A model generated the notes under the pieces. That model saw only the letters and a list, made by a program, of their open reading frames with translations. It searched no databases and was not told where the DNA came from. Shown one piece after another: positions 37,901 to 49,900 of a stretch of 64,000 nucleotides of DNA; the first letter of the stretch is position 1, and every line of letters starts with the position of its first letter. Position numbers and translations under genes: made by a program. The stretch is from positions 358,484,001 to 358,548,000 of the forward strand of contig OZ024742.1 in the NCBI GenBank assembly GCA_964016885.1. Direction: 5' to 3'. This DNA comes from Eledone cirrhosa. Its lineage: Eukaryota.

Positions 37901-40900
37901 TGGTAGGTGTGGTTGTGGTGGTGGTAGTGGTAATGTTGGTAGGTGTTGTTGTGGTGTTGATGGTGGTAGTGGTAAGGGTGGTAGGTGTAGTTGTGGTGTT
38001 TGTGGTAGTGGTAATGATGGTAGGTGTAGTTGTGGTGGTGGTAGTGGTAATGGTGGTAGGTGTAGTTGTGGTTGTGGTTGTGGTAGTGGTAATGGTGGTA
38101 GGTGTAGTTGGGGTGGTGGTGGTAGTGTTAATGATGGTAGGTGTAGTTATGGTGGTGGTAGTGGTAATGATGGTAGGTGTAGTTATGGTGGTAGTGGTAA
38201 TGATGGTAGGTGTAGTTATGGTGGTAGTGGTAAAGATGGTAGGTGTAGTTGTGGTGGTGGTGGTAATGTTGGTAGGTGTAGTTGTGGTGGTGGTGGTGGT
38301 AGTGGTAATGGTGGTAGGTGTAGTTGAGGTGGTTGTGGTAGTGGTAATGATGGTAGGTGTAGTTGTGGTGGTGGTAGTGGTAATGGTGGTAGGAGTAGTT
38401 GTGTGTGGTGGTGGTGGTAGTGGTAATGATGGTAGATGTAGTTGTGGTGGTGGTATTGGTAATGATGGTAGGTGTAGTTGTGGCGGTAGTGGTAATGATG
38501 GTAGGTGTAGTTGTGTTGGTGGTAGTCGTAATGTTGGTAGATGTAGTTGTGGTGGTGGTGGTGGCAGTGTTAATGGTGGTAGGTGTAGTTGTTTTGGTGG
38601 TGGTAATGGTAATGTGGTAGGTGTAGTTGTGGTGGTGGTAGTGGTATGGGTAATGGTGGTAGGTGTGGTTGTGGTTGTGGTAGTAGTAATGGTTGTAGGT
38701 GTAGATGTGATGGTGGTGGTAGTGGAAACGGTGGTAGGTGTAGTTGTGGTGGAGGTGGTAGTTGTAGTTGTGGTGGTGGTTGTGGTAGTGGTAATTGTGG
38801 TAGGTGTAGTTGTGGTGGTGGTGATAGTGGTAATGGTTGTAGGTGTAGTGGTGGTGGTGGTGGTAGTGGCAATGATGGTAGGTGTAGTTGTGCTGGTGGT
38901 GGTAGTGTCAATGTTGGTAGGTGTAGTTGTGGTGGTGGTGGTGGTAGTGGTAATGGTGGTAGGTGTAGTTGTGGTGGTTGTGGTAGTGGTAATGGTGGTA
39001 GGTGTAGTTGTCGTGGTGGTGGTAGTGGTAATGGTGGTAGGTGTAGTTGTGGTGGTGGTAGTGGTAATGATGGTAGGTGTAGTTGTGGTGGTAGTAGTGG
39101 TAATGATGGTAGGTGTAGTTGTGCTGGTGGTGGAGGTAGTGGTAATGATGGTAGGTGTAGTTGTGGTGGTGGTAGTGGTAATGATGGTTGGTGTATTTGT
39201 GGTGGTGGTAGTGGTAATGGTGGTAGCTGTAGTTGCGGTGGTGGTGGTAGTGGTAGTGGTAATGGAGGTAGGTGTTGTTGTGGTGGTGTTAGTGGTATTG
39301 GTGGTAGGTGTAGTTGTGGTGGTGGTAGTAGTGGTAATGATGGTATGTGTAGTTGTGGTGGTGGTAGTGGTAATGATGGTAGGTGTAGTTGTGGTGGTGG
39401 TGGTAGTGGTAATGATGGTAGGTGTAGTTGTGGTGGGGGTAGTGGTAATGATGGTAGGTGTAGTTGTGGTGGTAGTGTTAATGATGTTAGGTGTAGTTGT
39501 GGTGGTGGTAGTGGTAATATTGTTAGGTGTAGTTGTGGTGGTGGTGGTGGTAGTGGTAATGGTGGTAGGTGTAGTTGTGGTGGTTGTGGTAGTGGTAATG
39601 ATGTTAGGTGTAGTTGTGGTGGTGGTAGTGGTAATATTGTTAGGTGTGGTTGTGGTGGTGGTAGTGGTAATGTTGGTAGGTGTAATTGGGGTGGTGGTAG
39701 TGGTAATGGTGGTAGGTGTAATTGGGGTGGTGGTGGTAGTGGTAATGATGGTAGGTGTATTTATGGTGGTGGTAGTGGTAATGATGGTAGGTGTAGTTAT
39801 GGTGGTAGTGGTAATGATCGTAGGTGTAGTTGTGGCGGTGGTGGTAATGATGGTAGGTGTAGTCGTGGTGGTGGTGGTGGTAGTGGTAATGGTGGTAGGT
39901 GTAGTTGTGGTGGTGGTGGTAGTGGTAATGATGGTAGGTGTAGTTGTGGTGGTGGTATTGGTAATGATGGTAGGTGTAGTTGTGGCGGTAGTGGTAATGA
40001 TGGTTGGTGTTGTTGTGGTGGTGGTAGTCGTAATGTTGGTAGATGTAGTTGTGGTGATGGTGGTGGTAGTGTTAATGGTGGTAGGTGTAGTTGTTTTGGT
40101 GGTGGTAATGGTAATGGTGGTAGATGTAGTTGTGGTGGTGGTAGTGGTATGGGTAATGGTGGTAGGTGTAGTTGTGGTTGTGGTTGTGGTAGTAGTAATG
40201 GTTGTAGGTGTAGATGTGGTGGTGGTGGTAGTGGCAATGATGGTAGGTGTAGTTGTGCTGGTGGTGGTAGTGGCAATGTTTGTAGGTGTAGTTGTGGTGG
40301 TGGTGGTGGTAGTGGTAATGGTGGTAGGTGTAGTTGTGGTGGTTGTGGTAGTGGTAATGGTGGTAGGTGTAGTTGTCGTGGTGGTGGTAGTGGTAATGGT
40401 GGTAGGTGTAGTTGTGGTGGTGGTAGTGGTAATGATGGTAGGTGTAGTTGTGGTGGTAGTAGTGGTAATGATGGTAGGTGTAGTTGTGCTGGTGGTGGAG
40501 GTAGTGGTAATGATGGTAGGTGTAGTTGTGGTGGTGGTAGTGGTAATGATGGTTGGTGTATTTGTGGTGGTGGTAGTGGTAATGGTGGTAGCTGTAGTTG
40601 CGGTGGTGGTGGTAGTGGTAATAGTGGTAATGATGGTGGTAGCTGTAGTTGTGGTGGAGGTGGTAGTGGTAGTGGTAATGGCGGTAGGTGTTGTTGTGGT
40701 GGTGTTAGTGGTATTGGTGGTAGGTGTAGTTGTGGTGGTGGTAGTAGTGGTAATGATGGTATGTGTAGTTGTGGTGGTGGTAGTGGTAATGATGGTAGGT
40801 GTAGTTGTGGTGGTGGTGGTAGTGGTAATGATGGTAGGTGTAGTTGTGGTGGTGGTAGTGGTAATGATGGTAGGTGTAGTTGTGGTGGTAGTGGTAATGA

Positions 40901-43900
40901 TGTTAGGTGTAGTTGTGGTGGTGGTAGTGGTAATATTGTTAGGTGTAGTTGTGGTGGTGGTGGTGGTAGTGGTAATGGTGGTAGGTGTAGTTGTGGTGGT
41001 TGTGGTAGTGGTAATGATGTTAGGTGTAGTTGTGGTGGTGATAGTGGTAATATTGTTAGGTGTGGTTGTGGTGGTGGTAGTGGTAATGTTGGTAGGTGTA
41101 GTTGTGGTGTTGATGGTGGTAGTGGTAAGGGTGGTAGGTGTACTTGTGGTGGTTGTGGTAGTGGTAATGATGGTAGGTGTAGTTGTGGTGGTGGTAGTGG
41201 TAATGGTGGTAGGTGTAATTGGGGTGGTGGTGGTAGTGGTAATGATGGTAGGTGTAGTTATGGTGGTGGTAGTGGTAATGATGGTAGGTGTAGTTATGGT
41301 GGTAGTGGTAATGATCGTAGGTGTAGTTGTGGTGGTGGTGGTAATGATGGTAGGTGTAGTCGTGGTGGTGGTGGTGGTAGTGGTAATGGTGGTAGGTGTA
41401 GTTGTGGTGGTGGTGGTAGTGGTAATGATGGTAGGTGTAGTTGTGGCGGTAGTGGTAATGGTGGTTGGTGTTGTTGTGGTGGTGGTAGTCGTAATGTTGG
41501 TAGATGTAGTTGTGGTGATGGTGGTGGTAGTGTTAATGGTGGTAGGTGTAGTTGTTTTGGTAGTGGTATGGGTAATGGTGGTAGGTGTAGTTGTGGTTGT
41601 GGTTGTGGTAGTAGTAATGGTTGTAGGTGTAGATGTGGTGGTGGTGGTAGTGGTAACGGTGGTAGGTGTAGTTGTGGTGGAGGTGGTAGTTGTAATGGTG
41701 GTAGTTGTAGTTGTGGTGGTGGTTGTGGTAGTGGAAATTGTGGTAGGTGTAGTTGTGGTGGTGGTGGTAGTGGTAATGGTTGTAGGTGTAGTGGTGGTGG
41801 TTGTGTTAGTGGTGGTTGTGGTAGTGGTGGTAGGTGTAGTTGTGGTGGTGGTAGTAGTGGTAATGGTGGTAGTAGTAGTTGTGGTGGTAGTGGTGGTAGG
41901 TGTAGTTGTGGTTGTGGTAGTAGTGGTAATGGTGGTAGGTGTGGTTGTGGTAGTGGTGGTAGGTGTAGTTGTGGTGGTGGTAGTAGTGGTAATGGTTGTA
42001 GGTGTGGTTGTGGTGGTGGGGGTAGTATTGGTGTTATGTGTAGTTGTGGTGGTGGTAGTAGTGGTTGTGGTGGTAGGTGTAGTTGTGGTGGTGTTACTAG
42101 TGGTAATGTTGGTAGGTGTAGTTGTGGTGGTGGTAGTGGTAATGATGGTAGGTGTAGTTTGTGGTGGTAGTGGTAATGTTGTTAGGTGTAGTTGTGGTGG
42201 TGGTGGTGGTAGTGGTAATGGTTGTAGGTGTAGTTGTGGTGGTTGTGGTAGTGGTAATGATGGTAGGTGTAGTTGTGGTGGTTGTGGTAGTGGTAATGAT
42301 GGTAGGTGTAGTTGTGGTGGTTGTAGTGGTAATGGTGGTAGGCGTAGTTGTGGTGGTGTTGGTAGTGGTAATGATGGTAGGTGTAGTTGTGGTGGTAGTG
42401 GTAATGTTGGTTGGTGGAGTTGTGGTGGTGGTAGTGGTAATGGTGGTAGGTGTAATTGTGGTGGTGGTTGTAGTGGTAATAGTGGTAGGTGTAGTTGTGG
42501 TGGCGGTGGTAGTGGCAATGTTGGTAGGTGTGGTTGTGGTTGTGGTAGTGGTAATGGTGGTAGGTGTAGTTGTGGTGGTGGTGGTAGTGGCAATGATGGT
42601 AGGTGTAGTTGTGGTTGTGGTAGTGGTAATGGTGGTAGGTGTAGTTGTTGTGTTGGTGGTAGTGGTAATGTTGGTAGGTGTAGTTGTCGTGGTGGTGGTA
42701 GTGGTAATGGTGGTATGTGTAGTTGTGGTGGATGTGGTAGTTGTAATGGTGGTAGGTGTAGTTGTAGTGGTGGTTGTGGTAGTGGTAATGGTGGTAGGTG
42801 TAGTTGTGGTGGTGGTGGTAGTGTTAATGGTGGTAGGTGTAGTTGTGGTGGTGGTAGTGGTATTGGTGGTAGGTGTAGTTGTGGTGGTGGTAGTTGTGGT
42901 AATGGTCGTAGGTGTAGTTGCGGTGGTGGTGGTAGTGTTAATGGTCGTAGGTGTAGTGATGGTGGTAGTGGTAATGGTCGTATGTGTAGTTGTGGTGGTG
43001 GTAGTGGTAATGATGGTAGGTGTAGTTGTGGTGGTAGTGGTATTGGTGGTAGGTTTAGTTGTGGTGGTAGTGGTAATGATGGTAGGTGTAGTTGTGGTGG
43101 TTGTGGTACTGGTAATGATGGTAGGTATAGTTGTGATGGTGGTGATAGTGATAATGGTCGTAGGTGTAGTTGTGTGGGTGGTGCTAGTGGTAATGGTGGT
43201 AGGTGTAGTTGTGGTTATGGTGATAGTGGTAATGATGGTAGGTGTAGTTGTGGTGGTAGTGGTAATGTTGGTTGGTGGAGTTGTGGTGGTGGTAGTGGTA
43301 ATGGTGGTAGCTGTAATTGTGGTGGTTGTGGTAGTGGTAGTAGTAATGATTGTAGGTGTAGTTGTGGTGGTAGTAGTGGTATTTGTGGTAGATGTAGTTG
43401 CGGTGGTGGTAGTAGTGGTAATGATGGTAGGTGTAGTTGTGGTGGTAGTAGTGGTAATGATGGTAGGTGTAGTTGTGCTGGTGGTGGAGGTAGTGGTAAT
43501 GATGGTAGGTGTAGTTGTGGTGGTGGTAGTGGTAATGATGGTTGGTGTATTTGTGGTGGTGGTAGTGGTAATGGTGGTAGCTGTAGTTGCGGTGGTGGTG
43601 GTAGTGGTAGTGGTAATGGTGGTAGCTGTAGTTGTGGTGGAGGTGGTAGTGGTAGTGGTAATGGCGGTAGGTGATGTTGTGGTGGTGTTAGTGGTATTGG
43701 TGGTAGGTGTAGTTGTGGTGGTGGTAGTAGTGGTAATGATGGTATGTGTAGTTGTGGTGGTGGTAGTGGTAATGATGGTAGGTGTAGTTGTGGTGGTGGT
43801 GGTAGTGGTAATGATGGTAGGTGTAGTTGTGGTGGTGGTAGTGGTAATGATGGTAGGTATAGTTGTGGTGGTAGTGGTAATGATGTTAGGTGTAGTTGTG

Positions 43901-46900
43901 GTGGTGGTAGTGGTAATATTGTTAGGTGTAGTTGTGGTGGTGGTGGTGGTGGTAGTGGTAATGGTGGTAGGTGTAGTTGTGGTGGTTGTGGTAGTGGTAA
44001 TGATGGTAGGTGTAGTTGTGGTGGTGTTAGTGGTAATGGTGGTATGTGTAGTGGTGATGGTTGTGGTAGTGATAGTGGTAGTATGTGTAGTTGTGGTGGT
44101 GGTAGTGGTAATGATGGTAGGTGTAGTTGTGGTGGTAGTGGTAATGGGGGTAGGTGTAGTTGTGGTGGTGGTGGTAGTGGTGGTAGGTGTAGTTGTGGTT
44201 GTGGTAGTAGTGGTAATGGAGGTAGGTTTAGTTGTGGTGGTGGTAGTAGTGGTAATGGTGGTAGGTGTGGTTGTGGTGGTGGTGGTAGGTGTAGTTGTGG
44301 TCTTTATACTAGTGGTAATGTTGGTAGGTGTAGTTGTGCTGGTGGTGGTGGTATTGGTAATGATGGTAGGTGTAGTTGTGGTGGTAGTGGTAATGGTGGT
44401 TTGTGTAGTTGTGGTGGTGGTAGTGGTAATTGTGGTAGGCGTAGTTGTGGTGGTGGTGGTAGTGGTAGTGGTAATGGTGGTAGGTGTTGTTGTGGTGGTA
44501 GTAGTGGTATGGGTGGTAGGTGTAGTTGTGGTGGTGGTAGTAGTGGTAATGATGGTAGGTGTAGTTGTGGTGGTGGTATGGTAATGATGGTAGGTGTAAA
44601 TGTGGTGGTGGTGGTAGTGGTAATGATGGTAGTTGTAGTTGTTGTTGTGGTAGTGGTAATGATGGTAGGTGTGGTTGTGGTGGTGGTAGTGGTAATGTTG
44701 GTAGGTGTAGTTGTGGTGTTGATGGTGGTAGTGGTGTGGGTGGTAGGTGTAGTTGGGGTGGTGGTGGTAGTGGTAATGATGGTAGGTGTAGTTGTGGTGG
44801 TGGTAGTGGTAATGATGGTAGGTGTAGTTGTGGTGGTGGTAGTGGTAATGATGGTAGGTGTGGTTGTGGTGGTATTGGTAATGATGTTAGGTGTAGTTGT
44901 GGTGGTGGTAGTGGTAATATTGTTAGGTGTAGTTGTGGTGTTGGTGGTGGTAGTGGTAATGGTGGTAGGTGTAGTTGTGGTGGTTGTGGTAGTGGTAATG
45001 ATGGTAGGTGTAGTTGTGGTGGTGTTAGTGGTAATGGTGGTAGGTGTAGTTGTGGTGGTGTTAGTGGTAATGGTGGTAGGTGTAGTGGTGATGGTTGTGG
45101 TAGTGATAGTGGTGGTATGTGTAGTTGTGGTGGTGGTAGTGGTAATGATGGTAGGTGTAGTTGTGGTGGTAGTGGTAATGGGGGTAGGTGTAGTTGTGGT
45201 GGTGGTAGTAGTGGTAATGGTGGTAGGTGTTGTTGTGGTGGTGGTGGTAGGTGTAGTTGTGGTCTTTATACTAGTGTTAATGTTGGTAGGTGTAGTTGTG
45301 CTGGTGGTGGTGGTATTGGTAATGATGGTAGGTGTACTTGTGGTGGTAGTGGTAATGGTGGTTTGTGTAGTTGTGGTGGTGGTAGTGGTAATTGTTATAG
45401 GCGTAGTTTTGGTGGTGGTGGTAGTGGTAGTGGTAATGGTGGTAGGTGTTGTTGTGGTGGTAATAGTGGTATAGGTGGTAGGTGTAGTTGTGGTGGTGGT
45501 AGTAGTGGTAATGATGGTAGGTGTAGTTGTGGTGGTGGTAATGGTAATGATGGTAGGTGTAAATGTGGTGGTGGTGGTAGTGGTAATGATGGTAGTTGTA
45601 GTTGTTGTTGTGGTAGTGGTAATGATGGTAGGTGTTGTTGTGGTGGTAGTGGTAATGATGGTAGGTGTGGTTGTGGTGGTGGTAGTGGTAATGTTGGTAG
45701 GTGTTGTTGTGGTGTTGATGGTGGTAGTGGTAAGGGTGGTAGGTGTAGTTGTGGTGGTTGTGGTAGTGGTAATGATGGTAGGTGTAGTTGTGGTGGTGGT
45801 AGTGGTAATGGTGGTAGGTGTAGTTGTGGTTGTGGTTGTGGTAGTGGTAATGGTGGTAGGTGTAGTTGGGGTGGTGGTGGTAGTGTTAATGATGGTAGGT
45901 GTAGTTATGGTGGTGGTAGTGGTAATGATGGTAGGTGTAGTTATGGTGGTAGTGGTAATGATGGTAGGTGTAGTTATGGTGGTAGTGGTAATGATGGTAG
46001 GTGTAGTTGTGGTGGTGGTGGTAATGTTGGTAGGTGTAGTTGTGGTGGTGGTGGTGGTAGTGGTAATGGTGGTAGGTGTAGTTGAGGTGGTTGTGGTAGT
46101 GGTAATGATGGTAGGTGTAGTTGTGGTGGTGGTAGTGGTAATGGTGGTAGGCGTAGTTGTGTGTGGTGGTGGTGGTAGTGGTAATGATGGTAGATGTAGT
46201 TGTGGTGGTGGTATTGGTAATGATGGTAGGTGTAGTTGTGGCGGTAGTCGTAATGATGGTAGGTGTAGTTGTGTTGGTGGTAGTCGTAATGTTGGTAGAT
46301 GTAGTTGTGGTGGTGGTGGTGGCAGTGTTAATGGTGGTAGGTGTAGTTGTTTTGGTGGTGGTAATGGTAATGTGGTAGGTGTAGTTGTGGTGGTGGTAGT
46401 GGTATGGGTAATGGTGGTAGGTGTGGTTGTGGTTGTGGTAGTAGTAATGGTTGTAGGTGTAGATGTGGTGGTGGTGGTAGTGGTAACGGTGGTAGGTGTA
46501 GTTGTGGTGGAGGTGGTAGTTGTAGTTGTGGTGGTGGTTGTGGTAGTGGTAATTGTGGTAGGTGTAGTTGTGGTGGTGGTGGTAGTGGTAATGGTTGTAG
46601 GTGTAGTGGTGGTGGTGGTGGTAGTGGCAATGATGGTAGGTGTAGTTGTGCTGGTGGTGGTAGTGGCAATGTTGGTAGGTGTAGTTGTGGTTGTGGTGGT
46701 GGTAGTGGTAATGGTGGTAGGTGTAGTTGTGGTGGTTGTGGTAGTGGTAATGGTGGTAGGTGTAGTTGTCGTGGTGGTGGTAGTGGTAATGGTGGTAGGT
46801 GTAGTTGTGGTGGTGGTAGTGGTAATGATGGTAGGTGTAGTTGTGGTGGTGGTAGTGGTAATGATGGTAGGTGTGGTTGTGGTGGTATTGGTAATGATGT

Positions 46901-49900
46901 TAGGTGTAGTTGTGGTGGTGGTAGTGGTAATATTGTTAGGTGTAGTTGTGGTGGTGGTGGTGGTAGTGGTAATGGTGGTAGGTGTAGTTGTGGTGGTGTT
47001 AGTGGTAATGGTGGTAGGTGTAGTGGTGATGGTTGTGGTAGTGATAGTGGTGGTATGTGTAGTTGTGCTGGTGGTAGTGGTAATGATGGTAGGTGTAGTT
47101 GTGGTGGTAGTGGTAATGGGGGTAGGTGTAGTTGTGGTGGTGGTAGTAGTGGTAATGGTGGTAGGTGTTGTTGTGGTGGTGGTGGTAGGTGTAGTTGTGG
47201 TCTTTATACTAGTGTTAATGTTGGTAGGTGTAGTTGTGCTGGTGGTGGTGGTATTGGTAATGATGGTAGGTGTAGTTGTGGTGGTAGTGGTAATGGTGGT
47301 TTGTGTAGTTGTGGTGGTGGTAGTGGTAATTGTTGTAGGCGTAGTTTTGGTGGTGGTGGTAGTGGTAGTGGTAATGGTGGTAGGTGTTGTTGTGGTGGTA
47401 ATAGTGGTATAGGTGGTAGGTGTAGTTGTGGTGGTGGTAGTAGTGGTAATGATGGTAGGTGTAGTTGTGGTGGTGGTAATGGTAATGATGGTAGGTGTAA
47501 ATGTGGTGGTGGTGGTAGTGGTAATGATGGTAGTTGTAGTTGTTGTTGTGGTGGTGGTAGTGGTAATGTTGGTAGGTGTTGTTGTGGTGTTGATGGTGGT
47601 AGTGGTAAGGGTGGTAGGTGTAGTTGTGGTGGTTGTGGTAGTGGTAATGATGGTAGGTGTAGTTGTGGTGGTGGTAGTGGCAATGGTGGTAGGTGTAGTT
47701 GTGGTTGTGGTTGTGGTAGTGGTAATGGTGGTAGGTGTAGTTGGGGTGGTGGTGGTAGTGTTAATGATGGTAGGTGTAGTTATGGTGGTGGTAGTGGTAA
47801 TGATGGTAGGTGTAGTTATGGTGGTAGTGGTAATGATGGTAGGTGTAGTTATGGTGGTAGTGGTAATGATGGTAGGTGTAGTTGTGGTGGTGGTGGTAAT
47901 GTCGGTAGGTGTAGTTGTGGTGGTGGTGGTGGTAGTGGTAATGGTGGTAGGTGTAGTTGAGGTGGTTTGTGGTAATGGTAATGATGGTAGGTGTAGTTGT
48001 GGTGGTGGTAGTGGTAATGGTGGTAGGCGTAGTTGTGTGTGGTGGTGGTGGTAGTGGTAATGATGGTAGATGTAGTTGTGGTGGTGGTATTGGTAATGAT
48101 GGTAGGTGTAGTTGTGGCGGTAGTGGTATGATGGTAGGTGTAGTTGTGTTGGTGGTAGTCGTAATGTTGGTAGATGTAGTTGTGGTGGTGGTGGTGGTAG
48201 TGTTAATGGTGGTAGGTGTAGTTGTTTTGGTGGTGGTAATGGTAATGTGGTAGGTGTAGTTGTGGTGGTGGTAGTGGTATGGGTAATGGTGGTAGGTGTG
48301 GTGGTGGTTGTGGTAGTAGTAATGGTTGTAGGTGTAGATGTGGTGGTGGTGGTAGTGGTAACGGTGGTAGGTGTAGTTGTGGTGGAGGTGGTAGTTGTAG
48401 TTGTGGTGGTGGTTGTGGTAGTGGTAATTGTGGTAGGTGTAGTTGTGGTGGTGGTGGTAGTGGTAATGGTTGTAGGTGTAGTGGTGGTGGTGGTGGTAGT
48501 GGCAATGATGGTAGGTGTAGTTGTGCTAGTGGTGGTAGTGGCAATGTTGGTAGGTGTAGTTGTGGTGGTGGTGGTGGTAGTGGTAATGGTGGTAGGTGTA
48601 GTTGTGGTGGTTGTGGTAGTGGTAATGGTGGTAGGTGTAGTTGTCGTGGTGGTGGTAGTGGTAATGGTGGTAGGTGTTGTTGTGGTGGAGGTGGTAGTTG
48701 TAATGGTGGTAGGTGTAGTTGTGGTTGTGGTTGTGGTAGTGGTAATGGTGGTAGGTGTAGTTGTGGTGGTGGTGGTAGTGATAATGACGGTAGGTGTAAT
48801 TGTGGTGGAGGTGGTAGTTGTAATGGTGGTAGGTGTAGTTGTAGTGGTGGTTGTGGTAGTGGTAATGGTGGTAGGTGTAGTTGTGGTGGTAGTGGTAGTG
48901 TTAATGGTGGTAGGTGTAGTTGTGGTGGTGGTAGTGGTATTGGTGGTAGGTGTAGTTGTGGTGGTGGTAGTAGTTGTAATGGTCGTAGGTGTAGTTGCGG
49001 TGGTGGTGGTAGTGTTAATGGTCGTAGGTGTAGTGATGGTGGTAGTGGTAATGGTCGTATGTGTAGTTGTGGTGGTGGTAGTGGTAATGATGGTAGGTGT
49101 AGTTGTGGTGGTAGTGGTATTGGTGGTAGGTTTAGTTGTGGTGGTAGTGGTAATGATGGTAGGTGTAGTTGTGGTGGTAGTGGTATTGGTGGTAGGTTTA
49201 GTTGTGGTGGTAGTGGTAATGATGGTAGGTGTAGTTGTGGTGGTTGTGGTACTGGTAATGATGGTAGGTATAGTTGTGATGGTGGTGATAGTGACAATGG
49301 TCGTAGGTGTAGTTGTGTGGGTGGTGCTAGTGGTAATGGTGGTAGGTGTAGTTGTGGTTATGGTGATAGTGGTAATGATGGTAGGTGTAGTTGTGGTGGT
49401 AGTGGTAATGTTGGTTGGTGTAGTTGTGGTGGTGGTAGTGGTAATGGTGGTAGGTGTAATTGTGGTGGTTGTGGTAGTGGTAGTAGTAATGATTGTAGGT
49501 GTAGTTGTGGTGGTAGTAGTGGTAGTTGTGGTAGATGTAGTTGCGGTGGTGGTAGTAGTGGTAATGATGGTAGGTGTAGATGTGGTGGTAGTAGTGGTAA
49601 TGATGGTAGGTGTAGTTGTGCTGGTGGTTGTGGTAGTGGTAATGATGGTAGGTGTAGTTGTGGTGGTGGTAGTGGTAATGATGGTAGGTGTAGTTGTGGT
49701 GGTGGTAGTGGTAATGGTGGTAGTTGTAGTTGCGGTGGTAGTGGCAGTGGTAATGGTGGTAGCTGTAGTTGTTGTGGAGGTGGTAGTGGTAGTGGTAATG
49801 GCAGTAGGTGTTGTTGTGGTGGTGTTAGTGGTATTGGTTGTAGGTGTAGTTGTGGTGGTGGTAGTGGTGGTAATGATGGTATGTGTAGTTGTGGTGGTGG